Shown: in pieces, positions 37,577 to 46,051 of the stretch
Numbering within the stretch: the stretch's first letter is position 1
Layout of the letters: the number at the start of each line of letters is the position of its first letter
From: an uncultured Kiloniellales bacterium
GTDB lineage: Bacteria > Actinomycetota > Acidimicrobiia > Spongiisociales > UBA5794
Length of the DNA stretch: 64,000 nucleotides
Direction of reading: 5' to 3'
NCBI GenBank assembly: GCA_964196275.1
Contig: CAXMSN010000092.1
Span: 1,296-65,295, forward strand
The notes under the pieces: generated by a model
What the model saw: only the letters and a program-made list of their open reading frames with translations
Told to the model about the DNA's origin: nothing
The model's database searches: none
Program-made: the position numbers and the translations under genes

Positions 37577-38364
37577 TGCGGCGCGAGGTGCCCAGGAAGG
37601 TGGTTGTGGACGATCTTTCGTATGTCTTCGTGGATGGCGGCGTTGCCCGCGATGACGAGAGGATTGAATGGATCGGAAGGTGTGCCCCACGGGTCTGTGA
37701 CGATCCCGCCTGCCTCTCGCACCAGCAGCATTCCTGCCGCACCGTCCCACGGTGCGATACCGAGTTCCCAGTATGCGTCGAACCTTCCGGCCGCGACCCA
37801 GGCAAGGTCGAGCGCGGCTGATCCGAACCGTCTGAGCCCGTTGACTTCTCGCAGTACTTCACGGACGACGACACTCAGAGCATCGGCGTGAACGTCGTGG
37901 TCGTATGGGAAACCGGTTGCGACGACGGATTTCGACAGGTCGGAACTGTCCGAGACGGTGATCTTCTGACCGTTGAGGTTTGCTCCAGACCCGCTCTCAG
38001 CGATGAATACCTCGTTTCGGAGAACATCGATCACGACGCCAACGAGCGCCTGGCCTCCGTCCCACAGCGCAACCGATACGGAGACCTGGGGAATGTTGTG
38101 GACGAAGTTCACGGTCCCATCGAGCGGATCGATGATCCAGAACCTGCCCTCGTGCGACGTTCCCCCACCCTCTTCAGCGAGGATGCCGTCGGTTGGCTTC
38201 TCCGTTGAGATCACGTTGACGATCGCAGCCTCAGCGGCCTTGTCTGTCGTGGTCACCGGATCGAACTTGCGCTTGTACTCGGCGTCGTGCACCGCGCCGA
38301 AGGCTTCTCGTACGACGGCAGCGCCAGCGTGTGCGGCCTTGAGCGCCACAGCGAAATCATGCAT
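37573..38364 (-). CDS. Inositol monophosphatase family protein (SuhB/ImpA/HisN-like)
   Basis: Trimmed to MHDFAVALKAAH. Contains LAEEGG and WIIDPLDGTVNF. ATGA overlap with the downstream gene. Confidence 0.85.
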   Translation of the reverse strand: MHDFAVALKAAHAGAAVVREAFGAVHDAEYKRKFDPVTTTDKAAEAAIVNVISTEKPTDGILAEEGGGTSHEGRFWIIDPLDGTVNFVHNIPQVSVSVALWDGGQALVGVVIDVLRNEVFIAESGSGANLNGQKITVSDSSDLSKSVVATGFPYDHDVHADALSVVVREVLREVNGLRRFGSAALDLAWVAAGRFDAYWELGIAPWDGAAGMLLVREAGGIVTDPWGTPSDPFNPLVIAGNAAIHEDIRKIVHNHLPGHLAPQ

Positions 38365-38382
38365 TGGTGCGATGGTACTTGT

Positions 38383-38445
38383 GGGTTCCGGGTTCCGGGT
38401 TCTGGGTTCTGGCTCCGTGGTCCGTAGTCCGTGGTCCGTCATCTG
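38383..38445. repeat. Heptanucleotide tandem array H3 (9 units, the longest)
   Basis: GGGTTCC x2, GGGTTCT x2, GGCTCCG, TGGTCCG, TAGTCCG, TGGTCCG, TCATCTG. It lies in the divergent suhB-like / lnt intergenic region. Confidence 0.9.
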
Positions 38446-38470
38446 GCTTCCGTCCCTATCCTCCCGGCTC

Positions 38471-39958
38471 ATGATTCCCTTCGTTCTCATAGCCGCGAGT
38501 TCACTGATGATGTGGGCTGCCTTCCCGCCCATCGGGCTCGGCCCGCTCGCGTTCGTGGCCCCCATCCCGTTCTTCCTCGCCATCCGCGCTGTGGAGAAGG
38601 CCTCGGTCGCTGTGATGCTCGGGTTCGCGTGGGGAGCGCTGTTCTTCGGCCTACTCCTCACGTGGCTTATCACACTCGGCTACGTGGCATATCTGCCTGT
38701 GGTGGTATTGATGGCGGCATGGACCGCGTCGTATGCGTTCGTCGTCTGGATCTTCCGGCTGTGGGCGCCATGGCGGTGGTGGTACATCGTTGTTGGTGGG
38801 TGGGTGCTCATGGAGTGGCTTCGGGGAAGGATCCCGTTCGGTGGGTTTCCATGGGGAGACATCGGCTATCCGGCAGCGGCGCTTCCCGGCGCGGCTGGTT
38901 CGGTCCAGTGGATTGGACCCTCCGGATGGACCGTCCTGGTGGTGGCCGTCGCTGCTGGCTTTGCTCTTCTGATCGAGGACCGAGATCACTGGCGCATGGC
39001 CGTCGACGCTTCGGTGATCGTGCTCTTGCTGATGATCGCCGGTTGGCTGCTTCCACCGAACCCATCGGCACAACTGTGGAGGACGGCGATCGTTCAGGGC
39101 TCATCTCCCTGCCCACAGACCCACTGCCAGAACGAGAACCGTCGTATCTACGACTCCCATCTCGAACTCACGAAGACGATTCCCGTGGACTCGGTCGACT
39201 TCGTCATCTGGCCGGAGAACTCGACCGGTACGCCATACGAGCCTGAGAACAACGAGACGGTTCGTAACGAGATCATCGAACAAGCTCGCAGGCTGGACGC
39301 GTACATGCTGATCTCCGGAACCCGCATCGTGAGCGACACGGAGTTCGTGAACGTGAACGTTGTGTACTCACCCAACGGCGTGAAGATCGGCGAATACCTC
39401 AAACAACACCCGGTGCCGTTCGGTGAGATCGTTCCGCTGCGAGGCCTCCTCGGCTTCGTCCCGCAGCTCGACCAGGTTCCGCGAGACATGATCTCTGGAA
39501 CCGAGCCGGTGGTGTTCCCAACCGAGCAGGGGATTCTTGGGTCTGTAATCTCGTTTGAGGGCGCTTTTGCCCGGTCGATGAGGGAGATGGCACGGGCCGG
39601 CGCAGAGACGATGGTCATCGCCACGAACGAGTCGAGCTTCGGGCGATCGGTCGCCTCGGATCAACTGATCCTGCTCGCCCGTGTGAACGCAGCTGCGATC
39701 GGCCTCGACACGGCGCTCGGTGCGATCACCGGCAAGTCGACGTTCATCACGGGTGATGGGTCGGTCGGACCGAAAACAGAGCTGTTCACCGGTGTGGTGC
39801 ACTTCGGTTCGCAGCAGTTCAACGCAGAGGCAAGAACGCTCTGGGTGCGTCTCGGTGATTGGCTGGCGCTTCTGGCTGTGGCCGCTGCGCTGGTGGTCGC
39901 GCTGCTCCCGGGGGAGCGAACGGTGAGTCAAACATCCGTCACCGCAAGAAAGCCATGA
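38471..39958 (+). CDS. lnt: Apolipoprotein N-acyltransferase
   Basis: Trimmed to MIPFVLIAASSLMMWAAFPP. A multi-TM N-terminus with GGFPWG, and a C-terminal nitrilase-like domain (WPEN, ISFEG). Confidence 0.9.
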   Translation: MIPFVLIAASSLMMWAAFPPIGLGPLAFVAPIPFFLAIRAVEKASVAVMLGFAWGALFFGLLLTWLITLGYVAYLPVVVLMAAWTASYAFVVWIFRLWAPWRWWYIVVGGWVLMEWLRGRIPFGGFPWGDIGYPAAALPGAAGSVQWIGPSGWTVLVVAVAAGFALLIEDRDHWRMAVDASVIVLLLMIAGWLLPPNPSAQLWRTAIVQGSSPCPQTHCQNENRRIYDSHLELTKTIPVDSVDFVIWPENSTGTPYEPENNETVRNEIIEQARRLDAYMLISGTRIVSDTEFVNVNVVYSPNGVKIGEYLKQHPVPFGEIVPLRGLLGFVPQLDQVPRDMISGTEPVVFPTEQGILGSVISFEGAFARSMREMARAGAETMVIATNESSFGRSVASDQLILLARVNAAAIGLDTALGAITGKSTFITGDGSVGPKTELFTGVVHFGSQQFNAEARTLWVRLGDWLALLAVAAALVVALLPGERTVSQTSVTARKP

Positions 39959-39965
39959 TTTCACC

Positions 39966-39995
39966 TTGCGCGTTTGGGGATTCTCAGCGTACAAT
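39966..39995 (+). promoter_or_regulatory. Sigma-70-like promoter candidate
   Basis: TTGCGC - 18 nt - TACAAT, about 90 nt upstream of ATG 40087. Confidence 0.35.
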
Positions 39996-40086
39996 CTGCA
40001 TACCGAGATTTACCGGCCGGGCTGGCGCGTGTCCATAACCGCGTCACTCCGCCGTTTCGAGGACTGAAAGAAAGGCACATCGATAC

Positions 40087-40278
40087 ATGTCTGACATCCT
40101 GAAGGCATCCCGACCAAAGGGTCGGTCCCGCCGCCCGAAGACCTACGACGAAGACCGCGTATGCGGTGCAGGCGAATGCTCGACGAAGTTGTCAAAGTAC
40201 AACCGCGCCGACTTCTGCCACACGCATCGCCCTGTGCGGTACCCACGTCTCCGTGGCGTTCTCTCCACAGAGGAATAG
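40087..40278 (+). CDS. Small basic protein with a Cx4C-x12-CxH zinc-finger-like motif, hypothetical
   Basis: 63 aa. Contains CGAGECSTKLSKYNRADFCHTH. It forms its own unit between a promoter-like element and a perfect hairpin terminator. Confidence 0.5.
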   Translation: MSDILKASRPKGRSRRPKTYDEDRVCGAGECSTKLSKYNRADFCHTHRPVRYPRLRGVLSTEE

Positions 40279-40308
40279 CGGATCGGCCCACAAGGGCCAC
40301 ACCATTGA

Positions 40309-40336
40309 GAAGAGGGGCTCGTAAGAGCCCCTCTTC
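40309..40336. terminator. Bidirectional hairpin terminator
   Basis: GAAGAGGGGCTC-GTAA-GAGCCCCTCTTC is a perfect 12-bp stem between convergent genes. Confidence 0.7.
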
Positions 40337-40357
40337 CTCGTTCTACGTCGGTTCCGG

Positions 40358-41632
40358 TCAGGTGCCGGCCTCGTACGTTTCGATTGCATCGCTGAGGATG
40401 TCGATGCCCCGGTCGAGGTCGTCCTGGGACACGTTCAGCGGGGGAATGAATCGGATGATGTTCCCGTCCGGACCGCAGTTCAGGATGAACATCCCGCTGT
40501 CCAGCGCATGCGCGCTGATCGCGGCGAACGCATCGGGGTCCGGTGTGTTCCCATCCTTGACCAATTCGACCCCGATCATGAGCCCGAGACCGCGCACATC
40601 GCCGATCGTCGGGTACTCCGACTTGAGATCATTCCAGCGTGAGAACGCATGGGCGGAGAGTCCGTTGACACCGGGAACGACGGGGCGAAGACCCTCGACC
40701 GTTGCCGCTGCAGCGGCGCACGATACGGGGTTCCCTCCGAACGTGGTGCCGTGACTTCCCGGCAGCCATTGGTCAAGGAGTTCCGATGACGCCCCCACCG
40801 CGGACAGAGGCAACCCGTTGGCGATCGCCTTGCCCATGACCAGAACGTCCGGTCGGACGTCGTACACCTGGCTGGTGAACCAGTCGCCGGTCCTTCCGAA
40901 TCCGGTCTGGACTTCGTCGATGATCAGCAGGATCCCGTGCTCGTCGGCAAGCGACCTGAGCGCATCGAGGTAGGCCTTGGAGGCCGGGTAGTAGCCGCCC
41001 TCACCCTGAAGCGGTTCGACGAGGAACGCAGCAACCTCTTCGGGTGTGATCTGATAACGGAACAGGAACTCGAGTTCACGGAGTGCGTAGTCGTTCGCTT
41101 CGTCCTGTGACATACCCCAGCCGTATGGATGGGGGAACGGCACGACGAAGGTTGACGGCACAAGAGGGTGATAGCCCTGGCGGTACTTCGCCTTGGAGGT
41201 CGTGTACGTCACCGAGCCCATCGTGCGACCGTGGAACCCGCCGCGGAACGTGACGATCCCCTGTCGGCCGGTCACCTTCCGCGCCAGTTTCACGGAAGCC
41301 TCGACGGCCTCTGCACCCGAGTTCATGAATAGAACCTTGTCGATGCCAACTGGGGCGATATCCACGATCGCCTCAGCAGCAGTGACGATCGGCTCGTAGA
41401 GGAACGCACCACCTGCGTGCCACAGCTTGTTGAGTTGGGTTTGGGCTGCCTCGACGACGTTGTCTGGCCGGTGTCCAAGGTTGGTCACAGCGATGCCACA
41501 CGCGAAGTCGAGGTACTTCTTGCCGTCGGCACCGGTTACCCAGCTGCCTTTTCCGTCGACGATCTCGATTTCTGAGTCGAAGGCGATGACCGGGGCGATG
41601 ATGTCGTGAAACCGTGTCTGAAGGTCAGTCAT
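40358..41632 (-). CDS. Class III aminotransferase (GabT-like)
   Basis: 424 aa. Contains NSGAEAVE, LIIDEVQTGFGRTG and MGKAIANG (PLP Lys). Confidence 0.9.
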   Translation of the reverse strand: MTDLQTRFHDIIAPVIAFDSEIEIVDGKGSWVTGADGKKYLDFACGIAVTNLGHRPDNVVEAAQTQLNKLWHAGGAFLYEPIVTAAEAIVDIAPVGIDKVLFMNSGAEAVEASVKLARKVTGRQGIVTFRGGFHGRTMGSVTYTTSKAKYRQGYHPLVPSTFVVPFPHPYGWGMSQDEANDYALRELEFLFRYQITPEEVAAFLVEPLQGEGGYYPASKAYLDALRSLADEHGILLIIDEVQTGFGRTGDWFTSQVYDVRPDVLVMGKAIANGLPLSAVGASSELLDQWLPGSHGTTFGGNPVSCAAAAATVEGLRPVVPGVNGLSAHAFSRWNDLKSEYPTIGDVRGLGLMIGVELVKDGNTPDPDAFAAISAHALDSGMFILNCGPDGNIIRFIPPLNVSQDDLDRGIDILSDAIETYEAGT

Positions 41633-41844
41633 GATTCTGCTCCTGTTGTCTTGAGGTTGGTTGCTCGCTGAGGCAGAGCGGCACTACGGGGAGGCGAAGA
41701 GGTTCCGTCGTCGGCTGAGGGGTGTCGCGGACATGGGGGCAGGGTAGTCGATGCCGATGACCTGGGACCACGGACGACCATTGCTGCGAGTGTGATCTCG
41801 CTCGTCGTAGTGCCGAGGCCTGGCTCCTGGGATAGATTCAGTTC

Positions 41845-43341
41845 ATGGAGTTCGCGGAGTACGAGACATTCGACGCGGTGGGGCTTGCGCAGCTTGTCGA
41901 GCATCGCGATGTTCAGGCTGCCGAATTGATCGACGCGGCCGCATCCCGCATCGAGGCGGTCAACCCTGCTGTCAACGCCGTGATCTGGGAACGGCTCGAC
42001 GCGGCGAGACGCGAAGCGGAGGAACCTCGGGAAGGGCCCTTTGCTGGAGTGCCCATCCTGATCAAGGATCTCGTCGTCGAGGAAGGCATCCCTGTCACCT
42101 TCGGCTCGGTCTTCTTCCGCGACTTCCTTGGCGAAACGACGTCTGTGTTCCGCGATCGCATCCGCAATGCGGGCTTCATCGATCTTGGACGCACCAACAC
42201 TCCGGAGTTCGGGCTGCTGCCTACGACGGAGCCGATGCTCCACGGCCCAACGCGCAACCCGTAGAACCTCGATCACTCGGTTGGCGGTTCCAGTGGTGGA
42301 GCTGCGGCAGCCGTTGCTGCAGGCATGGTGCCTCTTGCCCAAGGAAGCGATGGCGGAGGCTCGATCAGGATCCCTGCTTCAGCCGCTGGCCTGTTCGGGC
42401 TCAAACCATCACGGGGTCGCAACCCGAGATACCCCGGCACGTCGATCGACTACCTCTCGGTGGAGCATGTCATCACTCGCTCTGTTCGTGATAGCGCGGT
42501 GTTCCTCGATGCCGTCCATGGTCCGATACCCGGTGACCACTATTGGGCGCCTGCGCCATCGGCACCGTTCGCCAGTGCAGTCGATCGCGACCCGAAGCAA
42601 CTCACGATCGCGTTCAGCACCAAGGACTTCCGAGGTGGCAGTGTCCATCCCGAATGTGAGGCGGCGGTCTTGAATACCGTGGAGCTCCTTGAGGCGCATG
42701 GGCACACTGTTGTCGAGGCCGAGCCCGCTGTTGATGGTGATCTCCTCGCAGAGTCTTTTCTCGAACTCTGGGCTGCCCTGGCCGCAAACGGCTTCGGTCT
42801 TGTCCTCGACGGTGCGACGGACCTCAAGCCATCGATTGGCCGCGTGCGACGTCTGATTGGGGACAGGGCAACCATGAAGCTCATCAGCCGGGTCGACAAA
42901 CGCAGCTCGGGCCATCCCGCGTTCGAGCCGTTCACATTCGAACTTGCGCGACGTTCCGGTGCACGCTCGCAAGCTGATCTGTTGGCAGCGGAAGTTGCTC
43001 TGCAGACGATCGCCCACCAAACGGCAGCCTTCCTCACCACCCACGACATATTCCTCACGCCGGTGCTCGGATCGCCGCCGGTGCCCATCGGTCACATCGA
43101 CCAGCGGATGCCGTGGGACGAGTTCATCGAGATGATCTTCGCCTATGTGGCGTTCACACCTCTTGGGAACTTCGCAGGACTCCCCGCCATGTCGGTCCCG
43201 CTGCACTGGACCGAAGACGGTCTACCGGTCGGATCGCACTTCCTCGGCCGCTTCGGCGCCGAAGAAACCTTGTTCTCGCTAGCCGCCCAACTAGAACGAG
43301 CGAATCCATGGTTCAACAAGAGGCCGCCACCACTCACCTGA
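41845..43341 (+). pseudogene. Amidase-signature family amidase interrupted by an in-frame TAG (42262-42264)
   Basis: ORFs 41845..42264 and 42325..43341 are in the same frame. Joined, they read ...GPTRNP-[TAG][39 protein letters not shown]. The stop occupies the NPW Trp position (TGG to TAG, one transition). Confidence 0.75.
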
Positions 43342-43343
43342 AC

Positions 43344-43378
43344 CGAAGTCCGAAGCCCGAAGTCCGAAGTCCGAGCGG
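43344..43378. repeat. Heptanucleotide tandem array H4
   Basis: CGAAGTC CGAAGCC CGAAGTC CGAAGTC CGAGCGG. It starts 3 nt after the amidase stop, between convergent genes. Confidence 0.9.
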
Positions 43379-43406
43379 AGGCGAAATCGGGGACTGCGCC
43401 AACGAC

Positions 43407-44270
43407 CTACTCGCCTGTGAACTCGGGGGGTCGCTTCTGCACAAAGGCTGTGATCGCTTCCATGAGGTCGTTCGACGTGACGAACGAGGAGTTCCAGACG
43501 GACACGTAGTCGAGGCCGTCCTCCACTGAGAGGTCCTCTGTCGCCTTTAGGACCGTCTTCGAACCCTGGACGACGAGAGGGGAATTGGCTGCGATGGCCT
43601 GTGCGATCTCCTGAGCGTGCGCTTGTACCGCTGCGGCATCGGCTGAGACATGCGTAACCAACCCCATTGCCAACGCCTCATCGGCGGTGACGTCGCGTCC
43701 GGTGTACACGAGTTCGGCAACGCTTCCGGGATCGATGATCCTCGGGAGGCGCTGCATGGTTCCCACGTCCGCGACGATGGCGATCTTCGTCTCTCTGGAT
43801 GAGATCACGGCGTCTTGCGAGGCGTACCTGATGTCGCACGCCGTGATGAGGTTGAGGCCTGCACCGATGCAGTAGCCGTGGATCGCAGCGATGACCGGCT
43901 TCGGGCAATCTGCGATCGAGGAGAACGTGTGTTGCAGGGTCTTGATGGACTTGCGAAGAGCCATGCGTCGGGCCACGTCCGAGCCGGGCTCCTCTGCATC
44001 CCGTTCGGGGAGCGCTGCTCCGCCAGACATGAACGCGGGTCCGAAGGCCTTCAGATCGATGCCGACAGTGAAGGCATCACCCCTGGCTGCGACGACCACC
44101 ACGCGAACGCCGCGGTCTTCGCCAAGTGCCTCCATGATCGGAGGAAGGTCCAGCCAGAACTCGGGAGCGAACGCGTTGCGCTGATCTGGCCTGTCGAGCC
44201 ACACCGTTGCGATGTGTTCCTGGATCTCGACGGTGATGACATCGGATGTCGGCATGGAGTTGGTGACCAT
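43407..44270 (-). CDS. Enoyl-CoA hydratase/isomerase (crotonase) family
   Basis: Trimmed to MVTNSMPTSDVITVEIQEHIATVWLDRPDQRNAF. Contains AAIHGYCIGAG. An alternative ATG lies at 44255. Confidence 0.85.
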   Translation of the reverse strand: MVTNSMPTSDVITVEIQEHIATVWLDRPDQRNAFAPEFWLDLPPIMEALGEDRGVRVVVVAARGDAFTVGIDLKAFGPAFMSGGAALPERDAEEPGSDVARRMALRKSIKTLQHTFSSIADCPKPVIAAIHGYCIGAGLNLITACDIRYASQDAVISSRETKIAIVADVGTMQRLPRIIDPGSVAELVYTGRDVTADEALAMGLVTHVSADAAAVQAHAQEIAQAIAANSPLVVQGSKTVLKATEDLSVEDGLDYVSVWNSSFVTSNDLMEAITAFVQKRPPEFTGE

Positions 44271-44382
44271 GTGGCGAGCGTAGCCACGCATGCATCTCTG
44301 GGACTGCGGAACCTGATCGGGGCGTTCGTGCGTCGTAGCTGCGAACCGGTTGGGGAACCGGTACGAAAAAGGGAGAGAGACA

Positions 44383-45378
44383 ATGAAGCACACGACCAAG
44401 ACACGCAGTCGGCGTGCGGTCAGGATCGGCGTCCTTGCGATCGTCGGACTCCTGGTCGTCAGCGCATGCTCGGGAAGCGACGACAGTTCAGCAGACACAA
44501 CGTCTGCGGCGTCAGCCGAGTACTTCGAGGGGGAAGACGGGTTCGAAGAGAAGTTCGAGGCCGCGAGTGCTCCGGCTGAAGCTCTTGCCGTCGTCCAGGA
44601 TGATGGATCCGTCGTGTTCACGTCGATCGGATCGAACCCGATCGATGCGAAGGTCATCCGCAACGGGCGTATCGACGTCAGGATCCCGATCGGGACATTC
44701 GATGCCAAGAGTTCGCAAGTACGAGCAATCGCCGCCGAACTCGGCGGGTACGTGTCCTCAGGCGAGTCCTATGTCGAGCAGTACGAGGACGGCCGCTATG
44801 CGGTCGGCTGGGTCACGCTGAGGATCCCGTCCGACAGGTTCGAGGATGCGGTTGACCGCGTCGAACGGCTGGGAGAGAGGGTCTCGTCCTCGCTTTCGAG
44901 CCAGGACGTGACCGAGGAATACATCGACCTCGAGGGCAGGCTCAACTACTGGGAGCAGCAGGAGGAGTTCTACTCGAAGCTTCTCAACGAAGCCGAGACG
45001 ATCGATGATCTCGTGACGATCCAGTCGCGAATGCAAGACGTGCTCCTCAACATCGAACAGATCGAGGGTCGGCTGAGGTATCTCGACGGCAAGACGTCGT
45101 TTGCGACGCTGACCGTTGGCCTTACAGAGGTTCCCGACATTCTTCAGCCACCGGACGAGGGTGAACCGAATCCGATCCAGGAAGCGTTCGAACAGGCTGG
45201 TGACGTCCTGCTGGCGACCGTCGGGTTCCTGATCATCGCGGCAGCGGTGGCGATTCCGATAGCGCTGCTCGTGCTGTTGGCTTGGCTGGTCTTCAAGCTC
45301 TTCACACCGAAGCGCAAGGAGCAATCCGAAGCCGCACCACCAACCGAAGAACCGACGAAAGAACTCGTCGACGCATAG
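44383..45378 (+). CDS. DUF4349-domain lipoprotein
   Basis: Start at ATG 44383 after GGGAGAGAGA. Lipobox VVSAC. Coiled-coil segment EEYIDLEGRLNYWEQQEEFY and a C-terminal TM helix. Confidence 0.8.
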   Translation: MKHTTKTRSRRAVRIGVLAIVGLLVVSACSGSDDSSADTTSAASAEYFEGEDGFEEKFEAASAPAEALAVVQDDGSVVFTSIGSNPIDAKVIRNGRIDVRIPIGTFDAKSSQVRAIAAELGGYVSSGESYVEQYEDGRYAVGWVTLRIPSDRFEDAVDRVERLGERVSSSLSSQDVTEEYIDLEGRLNYWEQQEEFYSKLLNEAETIDDLVTIQSRMQDVLLNIEQIEGRLRYLDGKTSFATLTVGLTEVPDILQPPDEGEPNPIQEAFEQAGDVLLATVGFLIIAAAVAIPIALLVLLAWLVFKLFTPKRKEQSEAAPPTEEPTKELVDA

Positions 45379-45400
45379 GCCGGCGATGTTCGCTGAGATC

Positions 45401-45422
45401 GGGGCGCCCTCACGGGTGCCCC
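45401..45422. terminator. Bidirectional hairpin terminator
   Basis: GGGGCGCCC-TCAC-GGGTGCCCC gives 9 bp with one G-U pair, between convergent genes. Confidence 0.55.
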
Positions 45423-45430
45423 ATCTCGCG

Positions 45431-46051
45431 TCAGGACTTCAAGGAGAACGGCGGGTAGACGTCGGTGAGCCCGGCGATCCACGCCCATGTGCGGGCCCAC
45501 CATCGGTGGAAACCGACGAAGTAGTAGTGCAGGGCTAGCGGCAGCGATCCGGTGAAGAGCACCATCACGAATCCGAACCATGCGATGAAGAGCGTCCCGA
45601 GTGTCAGCCAACCGAGGATGAACAGGTGCGGGAGAGCCATGATCGCGCGGATGAGCAGGATGCCGGCGATCGCTAGCAACCGGTTCTGTGGCTGGTGCGG
45701 TTCCGCCACCAACACCTGGGCGGGGTGGTTCTCATCGGTCCCGTAGGTTGGGTACACATCTGTTGTGCCGGTGAACCACGCGAACACCCGGCTCGTCCAC
45801 TCGAGGAAGATCATCTCGAGGTTCTCCACCCAGAACGGTTTGCCACCGGTAATCAGGATGTACCAGTAGCCGATCCACACAACCACCTGGACGACAATCG
45901 CGTACACCGCGAGAAGGAAGAGGTGGGGGATGAGAAGGATCGCCTTGGCGAAGAACACGGCGCCCAAAGCAGCGAGTCCACGATTCCTGTATTCATCGTC
46001 AACAGGGACGACGAAGTCAACGGGGTACGGCGCTTGGTCTGTCATTTCCAC
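45431..46051 (-). CDS. DUF4389-domain membrane protein (two repeats)
   Basis: 206 aa. The motif A(I/M)(L/M)xxPHLF(L/I)L...W..TG.TDVYP occurs twice. Confidence 0.75.
   Translation of the reverse strand: MEMTDQAPYPVDFVVPVDDEYRNRGLAALGAVFFAKAILLIPHLFLLAVYAIVVQVVVWIGYWYILITGGKPFWVENLEMIFLEWTSRVFAWFTGTTDVYPTYGTDENHPAQVLVAEPHQPQNRLLAIAGILLIRAIMALPHLFILGWLTLGTLFIAWFGFVMVLFTGSLPLALHYYFVGFHRWWARTWAWIAGLTDVYPPFSLKS

Noticed and set aside
38365-38442. Possibility that heptamer array H3 is coding, as an N-terminal extension of the suhB-like protein (MTDHGLRTTEPEPRTRNPEPTSTIAP-MHDF...).
   Set aside because: A 7-nt period is incompatible with a conserved reading frame, and the peptide is low complexity. 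The inositol monophosphatase family N-terminus matches the downstream ATG at 38364, and the other five arrays are clearly non-coding.
42262-42264. The in-frame TAG in the amidase as pyrrolysine or programmed recoding.
   Set aside because: The position corresponds to a conserved Trp, one transition away from TGG. No pyl genes or recoding signals were seen in the window. A nonsense mutation or a base-call error is far more likely.
41629-42342. 237-aa minus-strand ORF upstream of the gabT-like gene.
   Set aside because: It is antisense to the 5' half of the amidase, has an Arg-rich composition and no motifs. It also overlaps the intergenic region.
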